Positions 19,145-29,429 are shown, counted from the whole stretch's first letter. The stretch is 63,980 bases of DNA, filler included, from Nitrospinota bacterium (GCA_030620925.1; 13 parts of 13 records of this genome joined end to end with filler, not necessarily neighbours in it); one strand, 5' to 3'. The notes: generated by a model from the letters alone, not told the origin. Translations and numbers: made by a program.

Positions 19145-19561
19145 ATGAGCAAAGAGAAGTTGATTGATGCATTGAATCAGGATAGAGCAGATGAGCTTGG
19201 GGCTATTTATCAGTATATGGGCCACCACTACGAGGCGGAAGGACTGGAGAGCCCTGAATTGGTGGAGATATTCAAGGAAATTTCCATCGACGAGATGAAA
19301 CACGCCGAAAAGCTGGCCGAGCGAATTATTTACCTGGGCGGCGAGGCCACCATGAAACCCTCGGAGATAAAGCGGGGCGGTGATTTGAGAAAGATGATCC
19401 GGGACGATCTGGACGGCGAGCTCGCCGCCATCGAACAGTACAAGGCGCACATCAAGCTGGCCGAGGAGCTGGGGGATTACGGCACCAGGCACATGCTGGA
19501 AGAAATCCTGCTCGACGAGGAGGACCACGCCGACAGGTTCACCCACTACCTGGCCCGATAA
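19145..19561 (+). CDS. Bacterioferritin-like protein
   Basis: ELGAIYQYM, IDEMKHAEKLAERI, ELAAIEQY and ILLDEEDH ferroxidase motifs; AAGGAGG RBS before the ATG at 19145. Confidence 0.9.
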   Translation: MSKEKLIDALNQDRADELGAIYQYMGHHYEAEGLESPELVEIFKEISIDEMKHAEKLAERIIYLGGEATMKPSEIKRGGDLRKMIRDDLDGELAAIEQYKAHIKLAEELGDYGTRHMLEEILLDEEDHADRFTHYLAR

Positions 19562-19591
19562 CCGCCAATCAAAAATAATAATCTTAAGGGG

Positions 19592-20446
19592 ATGAGTATG
19601 AGTGGTGCGGAAAAAGTTGCGGAAGCAGGTTCCATGCAGGAGACTGCCCGGCTCATAGGCGAGACCCTCGGCGGTGAGCTGGACGACCTGACGGTCAGGG
19701 AGGTCGTATCGGGAGTATTTTTCACGGGGGCCGTCCTGAGCAGCGGCCACGCCGGAACGGCCTTCACTCCTATAGGGGAGATGCCCGAAGCGGTCTGCTG
19801 CCCCCGCACGGCTTCCCGAATGCCTCAGGCGGGAAAACTGGCCGGGATGGATGCGCGTGAGTTCCTCCCCTGGGCCCATGAGGAGAACGTCCTCAAAGCC
19901 GCCATAGGCGTCGCCGTGTTAAACGCCCTCTCACACTATCTCTGGGATCGGCGGGGCGTGCAAGGTTATCGCATAATCCCCGGCGCCGACGCCGTGGAGG
20001 GCCTGACCTTCGGGCCGGAGGATAACGTGGTCCTGGTGGGGGCGCTGGTCCCCTACATACGGATGCTCCGCGAGAAAAACTGCGCCTTCTCCATCCTGGA
20101 GAGAACCCCTGAAACACTCAAGGGGGACGAGCTGAACTACTACGTGCCGCCCGAACGGGCCTCTGAAGCCCTTTCCCGGACCACGGCGGTAATAGCCACC
20201 GGCGCCACCCTGGTCAACGGCTCGGTGGACCAGCTCCTGGAGTGGACGCCCCGGGAGAGCAAAGTGATCATAGTGGGGCCCACCGCCAGCATGCTGCCCG
20301 ACGCGCTGTTTCAGCGCGGCGTGGACGTACTCGGAGGCGTTCGCGTAACCGACCCGGGGGCCGTCATGCGGATCATAAGCGAAGGAGGCTCCGGCTATCA
20401 CATGTTCGGCAAGTGCGTGGAGAAGATAGTCATTTCAAATATTTGA
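19592..20446 (+). CDS. DUF4213/DUF364 Rossmann-like putative heavy-metal chelation protein
   Basis: AIGVAVLNALS, VVLVGAL, TGATLVNG, VGPTAS and LGGVRV. Confidence 0.85.
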   Translation: MSMSGAEKVAEAGSMQETARLIGETLGGELDDLTVREVVSGVFFTGAVLSSGHAGTAFTPIGEMPEAVCCPRTASRMPQAGKLAGMDAREFLPWAHEENVLKAAIGVAVLNALSHYLWDRRGVQGYRIIPGADAVEGLTFGPEDNVVLVGALVPYIRMLREKNCAFSILERTPETLKGDELNYYVPPERASEALSRTTAVIATGATLVNGSVDQLLEWTPRESKVIIVGPTASMLPDALFQRGVDVLGGVRVTDPGAVMRIISEGGSGYHMFGKCVEKIVISNI

Positions 20447-20690
20447 CAACTTCGATTTAGTCATAGTCCAATTCGGTACGCACCTCCCGTCCCGATGGGA
20501 ACGCTGTTCAATTTCCGGGAGTTCCCCTTGTCCATACCCATATAGATGCACCGCCCCCTTTTCCCGCGCCCGGCTTTTTAATTCTCAAATNNNNNNNNNN
20601 NNNNNNNNNNNNNNNNNNNNNNNNNNNNNNNNNNTTAATTAATTAANNNNNNNNNNNNNNNNNNNNNNNNNNNNNNNNNNNNNNNNNNNN

Positions 20691-20785
20691 ACCCCGCCAT
20701 CGCCACCGGCCCATCGCTTACCACCACGGTGGACGTGCTCGCTATTTTGACCTATTTCACAATCGCCAGCACCCTGCTGTTCTAG
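20691..20785 (+). CDS. mgtE: C-terminal fragment of the MgtE magnesium transporter
   Basis: PAIATGPSLTTTVDVLAILTYFTIA matches the final MgtE TM motif (DPA..GP..TT..D). Confidence 0.75.
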
Positions 20786-20844
20786 GGTCCGGAGAATGCA
20801 GCGTAACTTGCAGTTGAATCTCACTCGGTTAGGAATACTTTGAA

Positions 20845-22173
20845 GTGGGCTCCTTACGGGAAAAAGCGCTGGACATATACGGGCACGCCCTGCGGGCGGT
20901 CGATGCGGAGAAGGCGGTACTGAACAAGCTGTCAGTGCGAGGCGACGCTCTCTCAGCGGAGGGAGTGGAATACGATCTGCAGCGATATAGCAGGATCATC
21001 GCCGTGGGTGCCGGCAAAGCCTCGGCGGGCATGGCCAGGGCGCTGGAAACTCTGCTGGGAGACAGGCTCAGAGAGGGCATCGTCAACGTCAAATACGGCC
21101 ACGGCCTTTCTTTAAATACGATAAGGATAAACGAGGCGGGGCATCCGGTGCCCGATGAAAACGGCGTCCGCGGGAGCGGGGAAATAGCAGGTACGATTGC
21201 CCGGGCCGGGGAGGGAGAGCTGGTCCTCTGCGTCCTCTCAGGCGGCGGCTCCGCCCTGCTCACCCTGCCCGTACCGGGGATCACCCTGGAGGACAAACAG
21301 GACATCACGCGCCTCTTGCTGGGTTGTGGGGCGCGCATAGAAGAGATAAACGCCATCCGTAAGCACCTCTCCTCGCTCAAAGGGGGACAACTGGCTAAGC
21401 TGGCCTCCCCGGCGCAGGTTATTTCCCTCATTCTTTCGGATGTGGTGGGGGACCGGCTGGACGTGGTGGCCTCGGGTCCCACGGTGCCGGATGTCTCCAC
21501 TTTCCAGGAGTGCCTTCAGATACTGGACAAGTTCGACATCGCTGATAAAGTTCGCCCTTCGGTGAAAGATCACCTGGAAAAGGGTTCCCGGGGCGAAGCC
21601 TCTGAAACGCTGAAGGCGGAAGACCAGGCATTCAGTAAAGTGCAGAACGTAGTGGTCGGCTCTAATACTGTCGCAGTGGAAGCGGCTCACAGCAGGGCGA
21701 AAGAGTTGGGTTTTAACTCGCTGGTCCTGACGTCGTATATTACCGGCGAAGCGAGGGAAATCGCCCACTTGTTTCCTGCCGTGGCCAGGCAAATAATCGG
21801 GAGCGGCTCGCCGGTAAAAGCACCCGCCTGCGTTCTGGCCGGCGGTGAGACCACGGTGACCCTCCGGGGAGAGGGCAGGGGAGGGCGTAACCAGGAGATG
21901 GCCCTCTCCGCCGCCATGGAGATGGAGGGTCTGGAAAGGGCGCTTCTGCTGTGCGGCGGCACCGATGGAACGGACGGACCTACGGACGCCGCGGGCGGCA
22001 TAGTGGACGGGGGCACGGTGGGGAGGGCGGCGCGGAAAGGGTTTGCTCCCATGGAATATCTTCGCTCAAACGATTCGTATTCTTTCTTCAAGGATATGGG
22101 CGAAAAGTTTGTGACCGGCCCCACCAACACCAACGTTATGGACCTCTATATTCTGCTTGTGGGTGAAGAATAG
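20845..22173 (+). CDS. Glycerate 2-kinase (MOFRL family)
   Basis: GAGKAS, AGHPVPD, LSGGGSAL, RKHLSSLKGG, GGETTV, GRGGRNQE, TDGTDGPT and GPTNTNVMD. Confidence 0.95.
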   Translation: MGSLREKALDIYGHALRAVDAEKAVLNKLSVRGDALSAEGVEYDLQRYSRIIAVGAGKASAGMARALETLLGDRLREGIVNVKYGHGLSLNTIRINEAGHPVPDENGVRGSGEIAGTIARAGEGELVLCVLSGGGSALLTLPVPGITLEDKQDITRLLLGCGARIEEINAIRKHLSSLKGGQLAKLASPAQVISLILSDVVGDRLDVVASGPTVPDVSTFQECLQILDKFDIADKVRPSVKDHLEKGSRGEASETLKAEDQAFSKVQNVVVGSNTVAVEAAHSRAKELGFNSLVLTSYITGEAREIAHLFPAVARQIIGSGSPVKAPACVLAGGETTVTLRGEGRGGRNQEMALSAAMEMEGLERALLLCGGTDGTDGPTDAAGGIVDGGTVGRAARKGFAPMEYLRSNDSYSFFKDMGEKFVTGPTNTNVMDLYILLVGEE

Positions 22174-22266
22174 TGGGGTAAGATTCGTCCATAGGTTTGG
22201 GTAAACCCGTTGCGTTCATCAGCGCTTCCATAATAATTATCCGCATCATTAATCGGGAAGAAAACA

Positions 22267-23112
22267 ATGTTCAGACGGAGCAGGGCACTACGAATAATTC
22301 TTTTAATGTTAGCTCTGCTTATGCTGACCCGGGGTGCACCCTCCGGCCCCCTGGCCACAGCCGCAGGGGAAGGGGTCAGCCACGCCCGCCATAAGAGCGA
22401 CGGCAGGGCGGTAGTACCCTTTTCCATGAGCGAACGCCTTCTCTACCGCGGCTACTGGATGGGCATCCCCGTGGGCTGGGCGGAGCTCAGCGTCAGCTAT
22501 GAGGAGGATGAGGAAGGGAGGCCCATTCTCCATTTCAGGTCCAGGGCCTGGTCATCGGGCATCTTCGGTCGCATCTACCCGGTAGAGGACCAGGTGGATT
22601 CCTACTTTGATCTTAATAACCTTCGCCCGCTGCGCTACCGGATAAAGCAATCGGAGGGCAATCACAAGCACGATAAACGGATAGATTTCGATCACTCATC
22701 GGGCAAGGCGACCTACTCAAAAGACCAGGAACCACCCAGGGTATTCGACGTGACGCCAGGTATTCAAGACCCCCTCTCCTCCCTCTATTACTTACGCATG
22801 CAGGAGATGGAAGTGGGCAAACCGGTCGAGGTGAAATCATTCGTCCGGCGGCAGAATGCGGTAATAGAAGTTGAAGTGTTGAGAATATCGGTGATCGAAA
22901 CTAACTTTGGAATACTCGATACTTACCTCGTCTCTCCCTCCTCTCAGTATGAGGGTATCTTCAAAAAGAGCGGCCGCATCAAGGTCTGGCTCTCCGCCGA
23001 TGAGCTGAAGATACCTATACGCATAGAGGCCAGGATCGCGGTGGGAGCCATTATGGGGGTGCTGAAGGAGGTGGACGAAGAGACGGCAAAGGTGTTCCCC
23101 CGGCCCAGGTAA
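22267..23112 (+). CDS. DUF3108 family exported protein
   Basis: Signal peptide; ERLLY..WMGIPVG, QDPLSSLYYLR and VWLSADELKIPIRI. Confidence 0.8.
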   Translation: MFRRSRALRIILLMLALLMLTRGAPSGPLATAAGEGVSHARHKSDGRAVVPFSMSERLLYRGYWMGIPVGWAELSVSYEEDEEGRPILHFRSRAWSSGIFGRIYPVEDQVDSYFDLNNLRPLRYRIKQSEGNHKHDKRIDFDHSSGKATYSKDQEPPRVFDVTPGIQDPLSSLYYLRMQEMEVGKPVEVKSFVRRQNAVIEVEVLRISVIETNFGILDTYLVSPSSQYEGIFKKSGRIKVWLSADELKIPIRIEARIAVGAIMGVLKEVDEETAKVFPRPR

Positions 23113-23195
23113 CGGCATCAGAGAGAGGCCGCTCTAATGATACCGGCATAGTTTTGGATATTCGCAAGAAGCGTCTGTTTACTGATGATTGCGTG

Positions 23196-23679
23196 CTAAA
23201 AGAAGTTGTAAAAAATTCCGACGCTTATTTCCACTAGATGCAAGAAATCTTCCGCGCCGGCGCCCCAGAACTGTTCGTCTGAGACGAATACAATGTGATC
23301 GCGGAGATCGAAACGCAGCCCCATGTTATGGTTCACAAAGTATTTAAAGCCACCGCCCAGGTTTATTTTGAACTGGGTGGTATTATCATCAGTTGCCACG
23401 CCTGGTATGGGGTCATCCATGGCTATCGCCACAAAGCCCAAACCGAGATAGAAAAAGGTCTCGAGATTATTATTGATCGGATATTTGATGATGGGCCCCG
23501 CGTCAACGTGGTACTGGCCGCTGTCCATATCTATGGATAGGCCGGGGGAATTAAAATCGACATTATTACTGGAAACACTTATATTCACTTCAATGCCGAG
23601 TTTATCCTGGAAAAAATAGTCGGCCCGACCAGTGAGAATGAAGCCCAGATTCAGTTCGCTGTTGGCAGTAGCGGTTCTC
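23196..23679 (-). CDS. Outer-membrane beta-barrel protein, 5'-truncated
   Basis: Amphipathic strands, NLGGGFKYF, GLRFDLRDHI and a C-terminal Phe. Confidence 0.8.
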
Positions 23680-23779
23680 NNNNNNNNNNNNNNNNNNNNN
23701 NNNNNNNNNNNNNNNNNNNNNNNTTAATTAATTAANNNNNNNNNNNNNNNNNNNNNNNNNNNNNNNNNNNNNNNNNNNN

Positions 23780-24568
23780 GGGTCGATCGCGGAATGGGAG
23801 TGTGCCGACCAGCGGCTGCTGCGGGGGCTCATTCCGGAGAATCGACTGCGGGTATACAATGTTAGGTCGGTCATCGAGACGCTGGCGGACAGCGGCTCGA
23901 TGCTGGAGCTGCGGCCCCACTTCGGCCTGGGCATGGTGACGGCTTTTATCAGGATAGAGGGCCGCCCGTTGGGCGTAGTAGCCAACAACCCGACGCATCT
24001 CTCCGGCGCAATAGACAGCCCCGGGGCGGACAAAGCCGCCAGGTTCATGCAGTTGTGCGACGCGTTCGACGTTCCCGTGCTGTTCCTGTGCGATACCCCG
24101 GGCATCATGGTCGGCCCTGAAATTGAGAAGACGGCGCTGGTTCGCCACTGTTCCCGCATGTTTGTGGTAGGAGCGAACTTGAACGTCCCCTTCTTTACCA
24201 TTATACTGCGCAAGTCTTACGGGCTCGGCGCACAGGCTATGGGCGGCGGCAGCCACAAAGCCACTTCCTTTACGGTTTCCTGGCCCACCGGAGAGTTTGG
24301 CGGCATGGGCCTGGAGGGGGAGGTGAAGCTGGGCTTCCGCAGAGAGCTCGAGGCGGTCGAAGACCCCGAGGAGCGCAAGGAGTTGTATGAGGATATGGTA
24401 ACGAAGGCTTACCAGCGGGGCAAAGCCCTCAACACGGCGACACATTTCGAGATCGACGACGTGATCGACCCGGCCGAATCGCGGCGCTGGATTAACAGCA
24501 TCCTGATGTCGACGCCTCCACCTCCGCCTCGTACACACAAGAAGCGTCCCTGCGTGGATACATGGTGA
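23780..24568 (+). CDS. Acyl-CoA carboxylase carboxyltransferase domain, 5'-truncated
   Basis: GRPLGVVANNP, KAARFMQLCDAF, DTPGIMVGP, LRKSYGLGA and EIDDVIDPAESR. Confidence 0.92.
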   Translation, partial: GSIAEWECADQRLLRGLIPENRLRVYNVRSVIETLADSGSMLELRPHFGLGMVTAFIRIEGRPLGVVANNPTHLSGAIDSPGADKAARFMQLCDAFDVPVLFLCDTPGIMVGPEIEKTALVRHCSRMFVVGANLNVPFFTIILRKSYGLGAQAMGGGSHKATSFTVSWPTGEFGGMGLEGEVKLGFRRELEAVEDPEERKELYEDMVTKAYQRGKALNTATHFEIDDVIDPAESRRWINSILMSTPPPPPRTHKKRPCVDTW

Positions 24569-24634
24569 GTGGCTACAGCGTGTTTTTCGGCAGCCGTCAA
24601 CGGTATGGTGATACCGTCCCGCTCCTTCAAAGAT

Positions 24635-26428
24635 TCAATCGATAGCCTTTTCCATGTGGATGAAGTTCCCCCTGGAGAACCCCAGGGACCGAAAGTAGTC
24701 TACCAGGTCTGCATCGTCCCAGTTGATCATGGCGTGAACGCTGCGGATGTTGTTTTTCCTTAAATATTCCAGAAGTGTCTCGGCAAGTTTCCGCCCTATT
24801 CCCTTGCCCTGATAGTTCGGGTCTACACCTAAGATTTCTATCCAGCCGCTCAACGGAATGTTAAACTCCCAGCCGCGCACGTCTCCCAAGATAAACCCCA
24901 CCATATCGCCATTGATTTCGGCGGCCAGGTAGGCGGCGGGGTTCCTGTCGATATAGTTGGCTACTACTCCCTCCCAGTAGATTTCGTGTTTGCTTCCGGT
25001 AATCTTCTCGTCTATGCGCAAGACGCTCTCTATATCCTGCATGCGCAACCTTCTCACCGTAATCTCTTCCATGATTGTGGCCTTTCTATTCAAAAAAACG
25101 GTCAACTTTTTCCTGTAACGCAGGCCGACGCTGAAGAAACGGTTATGCTGAATCCAAAAGCGCCCGAACCTGAGCAGGGTTTTTACCCTGATGGAAGCTT
25201 TGAGGATGTTCCTGAATGTATCGTGTCCGGAGACTGATTTGAACAGAGCCTGGTAAGCCTCCGGGTTTTCCTTGGCAAATTCGAGGATGACGTTCATTAC
25301 ACCCAATCTGGACGCCAGCCGGCAAAAATTTCGCACACCTCTTCCGTAGAATCGGTCCTGAAGGAACGCATCGCACCTTCTTTTGTAATTACCCAGGGCT
25401 TTCTCTGTGGTCCCCTGGTGGACGATGGAGTCCGCCGCCTCGACGCCGGTGAAAATTGCGGTGGTGATTCCCTTGCCTTTAAAGGGGCGAAGCCAGCCGG
25501 TGGAGTCCCCCACCAGGAGATAATCTTTCCCGTAAGCCCCTTTGCAATGGCCGATAGGGAACCGGCCGACGTAGTAGACCAGCTCCTCCCTCTGCATATC
25601 GGGCAGGTATTTGCTGATTTCAGGCAGTTTCAGGAAACGGTCCATATCAATCGATCTTACCTTCTCACCAGCGATATTTATTATTATATGGTCGCCCTTG
25701 GGGGTGATGGCTGCGAACTCGATGCGGGGAATCTCTTGAGGGAAAACGAAGGCGTAAATGATGTTGCCCAGCTTCTTCTCGATGAAGCCCTGTTGTATAT
25801 GAAACTTGGTCACGAAGGCTTTAAGATATCTGTCCGGGCGTCCGTAACCGATGCCGGCGCGCTCAAAAATGTCTATCATGGCCTCGTCATTGCCGAAGGC
25901 CCCCACTACGAAATCGGCCCTCACGTGATCGCTCTCGCTGTAGACCCTGATGCCTCCCCCCTGGGAATCATCCATGAACTCTACGCCCGTGACCCTGCCC
26001 CGCCTTATATCCACCCCCGCAGCAGCCGCCCTGCTCAGCATAAACTCATCAAGCTTGGCACGCCGCAGGGTGAACGTAGGCCCGCCGGGGTCTTCACCTA
26101 TCAGGAGGATGTTATTCCCGCCGGTATGCAGCCTGTATCCGTAAATCTGACGCTTCAGCAGCTCCATGGGCAGGATTATATCCAGCTTTTCCGACAGCAG
26201 GCTCTCTATTGGAGGGGACAGCACACCCACGCACTGGTTATGATGGACGCTGAAATCTTTACCTTCGTAGAGTATCACCTCGATGCTCCGGCCCGCTTTG
26301 CGAGACTCTTTCATGAGCCTGATGGCGCAGCTCGTACCGGCGGGACCGCCGCCGATGACCACCACCGTGGCGCCGTCCTCCAGCATGCCGCTGCTGGATT
26401 TACCGGTTTTTGAAAGGTTCTCCTCCAT
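24635..26428 (-). CDS. FAD-dependent oxidoreductase (geranylgeranyl-reductase-like) fused to a C-terminal GNAT acetyltransferase
   Basis: VVVIGGGPAG, NQCVG and LVGDSTG...PFKGKGI in the N-terminal ~450 aa; GVDPNYQGKGIGRKL and FRSLGF in the last ~145 aa. Confidence 0.85.
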   Translation of the reverse strand: MEENLSKTGKSSSGMLEDGATVVVIGGGPAGTSCAIRLMKESRKAGRSIEVILYEGKDFSVHHNQCVGVLSPPIESLLSEKLDIILPMELLKRQIYGYRLHTGGNNILLIGEDPGGPTFTLRRAKLDEFMLSRAAAAGVDIRRGRVTGVEFMDDSQGGGIRVYSESDHVRADFVVGAFGNDEAMIDIFERAGIGYGRPDRYLKAFVTKFHIQQGFIEKKLGNIIYAFVFPQEIPRIEFAAITPKGDHIIINIAGEKVRSIDMDRFLKLPEISKYLPDMQREELVYYVGRFPIGHCKGAYGKDYLLVGDSTGWLRPFKGKGITTAIFTGVEAADSIVHQGTTEKALGNYKRRCDAFLQDRFYGRGVRNFCRLASRLGVMNVILEFAKENPEAYQALFKSVSGHDTFRNILKASIRVKTLLRFGRFWIQHNRFFSVGLRYRKKLTVFLNRKATIMEEITVRRLRMQDIESVLRIDEKITGSKHEIYWEGVVANYIDRNPAAYLAAEINGDMVGFILGDVRGWEFNIPLSGWIEILGVDPNYQGKGIGRKLAETLLEYLRKNNIRSVHAMINWDDADLVDYFRSLGFSRGNFIHMEKAID

Positions 26429-26529
26429 TTATTACCCCTGAAGACGTTATCGGGCCTGCCGCAGCATAATCACCTATTATACTAACTCATAATTCATCAT
26501 TACAAAGATAAAGTATATTGACGTATCTT

Positions 26530-27017
26530 ACCACGAAGGCACAAAGATACCCTTTAGTAATGATTTTGGAGTTAGGTTAAGAATTTAATATAGGGCAAAA
26601 AAATAACCCCAAAATCATCAAGACACTATCCTTTGTGGCTTTAGTGCCTTTGTGGTGGAAGTGTAGGGGCAGTCCCGCGGAAGGCGGGATATCCCCTACA
26701 TTACTAGCAACTTAAGCCCCCTCCCCTTAATCCCCTCTACCGGAACGGCCCGCGACAGGAGGTTGCCCCTACCCACCCCCTTGCTTAAGCAACCTCCAAT
26801 CGCTCAAATTGGTTTAATATTCAATGGTTTATGCCGCGCAGCCCTGCAACCGTTAATAACCCGTAAATCCTTTATAATCAATCATTTACCGCCAATAATC
26901 CAGCATAAATCGGGGTTGCTTGAACCTCTTTTTCTTACCACTGATGAACACAGATAAACACGGATAGTAATTTGCGCTTTGTATTCAAATCGTAGGGGCA
27001 GGCCCCTGTGCCTGCCC
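26530..27017. repeat. Cluster of REP-like and MITE-like dispersed repeats
   Basis: TGTAGGGGC...CCCCTACA palindrome (26662-26700) and GTAGGGGCAGG..CCTGCCC (26992-27017). TTAGTGCCTTTGTGGTG and TTGCTTAAGCAACCTCC are shared with 38133-38314. Confidence 0.75.
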
Positions 27018-27214
27018 AANNNNNNNNNNNNNNNNNNNNNNNNNNNNNNNNNNNNNNNNNNNNTTAATTAATTAANNNNNNNNNNNNNNNNNNNNNNNNN
27101 NNNNNNNNNNNNNNNNNNNAAAGAGATGGAGCTCACTTCAAGGTCACGTTTCATTCTGAATGCCATCAAATCGCAAGGTTGAGGGAATGGGGGTTTATGA
27201 CCATCACAGTTGAC

Positions 27215-27830
27215 CTAAAGCGTTTCTATATCCTTCTCGCCGAAGAACCCGGTGGGCCGTATCATCAGTACGATGATAATGATGACGAAGGGGACGATAT
27301 AACCTGCCGATACGCTTTCCGTTGCGCCGACTATAAGACCTGCGAGGATGGTGCCCGAAATGCTGGTCATCCCCCCCATGATCACCACGGGGAACACCTT
27401 TAACCCTATGGTGGAAAGATAGACGTCTACGCCCAGCATATTCCCCCAGACAATGCCGCCGATGGCCGCCACCAGCCCTGTTAACGCCCAGGCAAAAGCG
27501 ATGAAACGCCTTACATTGATCCCCATGAGATGGGATGCCGCATTGTCGTCAGCCACTGCGCGGAGGGCCATCCCCGTTCGGCTTCGCAGGAAGAGATAAC
27601 TGAACTCGGCCAGGAAAGAGATGCTTATAACAGACCCCACGATGGAGATGGGTTTCACCAGCATGTCGAGAAAAATGATGGGGGCGGTTCTGGTGGGGAG
27701 GTTTATGTTAAGGACCACTGGCCCCCAGATTAAAAGATTCACCCCTTTGAGTATGTAGGCTAACGAGAGTGGCCATTATAAGGGGAATGTGTTCCGCTCC
27801 CTTGTTGATCAAAGGACGCCATATCTATTA
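27215..27830 (-). pseudogene. Degraded LivH-type ABC permease
   Basis: SRTGMALRAVADD, MGINV and VVIMGGMTSISG are present, but the N-terminal ~90 aa are missing, there is a frameshift near 27763 (IMATL / LAYILKG in different frames), and an internal segment appears deleted. Confidence 0.7.
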
Positions 27831-27892
27831 ATCCTTAATAAAGGCCTGAGCCTCTTTTTGAAAGCCTACATCGCTCCTGTAAAGCCCTCCAT

Positions 27893-28567
27893 TTAATCGA
27901 CCACCGCCATGACCCTTGCCGGCGCACCGCTCTCCTTGTGCAACTTCACCGGCAGAGCGAAGAGCTGAACGTTGCGGCCCAGTAGTTTGTCCAGATTGGT
28001 GACGTTTTCTATCAGGGGTATCCCGCTTCCCAGGAGTATGCGGTGGACGGGGTGGCTGTCGGGGGAAGGCTTTCTCCCCGCCGGCTTCGATTGGTCTACG
28101 CTGGAATCGAGCGCCAGGGCCCTGATGCCGCTCTCCGCCAGCCAGCTGGCGGCGTCTGTGCTCAGGTAGGGGTTATCCACGTAGTATTTCTCAGTGTGGT
28201 AAGCCTTAGCCAGCCAGCCGGTATAAAGAACGATGATGACGTCTTTCAGGGAACTCCTGCCGGGGATACACGCTTCAAAATGATCGATGGTGAGGGCCAC
28301 CCCCTCCCCCGCCACTTCCCTTAAATCCGCAACCAGCGCCGGCCCCACCACTCTGTCGAGGGGCAACTGGTCGATGGTTATCCCGTCGGCGCAGAAATGG
28401 TAAGGGGCGTCAACGTGTGTTCCTGTATGCAGGCTGAAGGACACCCGGGCGTTTGAAAGGTAATGCTCCTGGTGGGTGTTTATGGGCTGGAAGGTTGGAG
28501 GCTGGTGTCCCCCAACCATGGCCGCTCCCGGCTCCCCCAGCGTCACTGATAAGTCCACTATCTCCAT
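27893..28567 (-). CDS. Cyclase family metal-dependent hydrolase (kynurenine formamidase-like)
   Basis: HTGTHVDAPYH, LIENVTNL and GAPAR motifs. Confidence 0.93.
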   Translation of the reverse strand: MEIVDLSVTLGEPGAAMVGGHQPPTFQPINTHQEHYLSNARVSFSLHTGTHVDAPYHFCADGITIDQLPLDRVVGPALVADLREVAGEGVALTIDHFEACIPGRSSLKDVIIVLYTGWLAKAYHTEKYYVDNPYLSTDAASWLAESGIRALALDSSVDQSKPAGRKPSPDSHPVHRILLGSGIPLIENVTNLDKLLGRNVQLFALPVKLHKESGAPARVMAVVD

Positions 28568-28677
28568 CGTCTCTCCTCCCTCAATGTCCGTGCTTCTCCC
28601 CCACCCGTCCCTGCTGAGGGCGGGGAAACAAAAGATGCTCTTGTCTTAAAGTCGATGATACCGCTTTATCCCGTCGT

Positions 28678-29169
28678 TCACTGGGTGGGCACCGACTCGT
28701 GATAATGGATGATTTTCCACCGCCCCTCTTTTTTCCGTAATACCAATGTGGTCCTGCCGTCACTGATTAACGGCGTGCCGTCCCACTCGTATTCGAAGCG
28801 CCACATAAATGCCGCATAGGCGGTATCGCCGAAAGCTTCGGCCCTGACTCCCCTGATGATCAGTTTCACTTCAGAAAGGCGATTAACGGCATCCTTCAAA
28901 TAGGTTCTGATGCCCTCCCCTCCCTCGTGAACCTTCATCATCTCCGCCGGGTAGTATTCCATGTTCTGCTCAAGGTCGAAAAGAGCCTCCAAACGGGCCA
29001 TGTCCAGAGCTTCCCAGGCGGCTTTCAATTCGTTGACAACGGAGACGACCTCATCCCGGGAGGGATCGGCGAAAACCGGCGCAGCGAACCCTGCGCCCAC
29101 GGCTATGGCGCACACGCAAAGAAGAACGGTTATGGATTTTAGGGGCCTGGATTTATGATTAGAAAACAT
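28678..29169 (-). CDS. Exported NTF2/SnoaL-like protein
   Basis: Signal peptide; C-terminal RTTLVLRK..GRWKIIHYHES. Confidence 0.85.
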   Translation of the reverse strand: MFSNHKSRPLKSITVLLCVCAIAVGAGFAAPVFADPSRDEVVSVVNELKAAWEALDMARLEALFDLEQNMEYYPAEMMKVHEGGEGIRTYLKDAVNRLSEVKLIIRGVRAEAFGDTAYAAFMWRFEYEWDGTPLISDGRTTLVLRKKEGRWKIIHYHESVPTQ

Positions 29170-29429
29170 CCTTCTTCCTCCTCCCCTTGCTTCGTTCAAA
29201 GTGTAATCACCGCCACTCGGTGAAAGAATAAGAACACTTTAACCGATAGACTCACAAAGTTTAACAAAAAGACACCGTCTGAAACAACTTAATAGGTGTC
29301 CCCGGGAAAATAAATTGATATACTCTCCCCTTATCATTTCAGCGTCACCTGAGTCAACAGTATAGAGCACAGCTTCAAAAAACACACTCCTGTAGGGGAT
29401 CAATCTTTACTAGTTGCCGGTGCGGTTTT

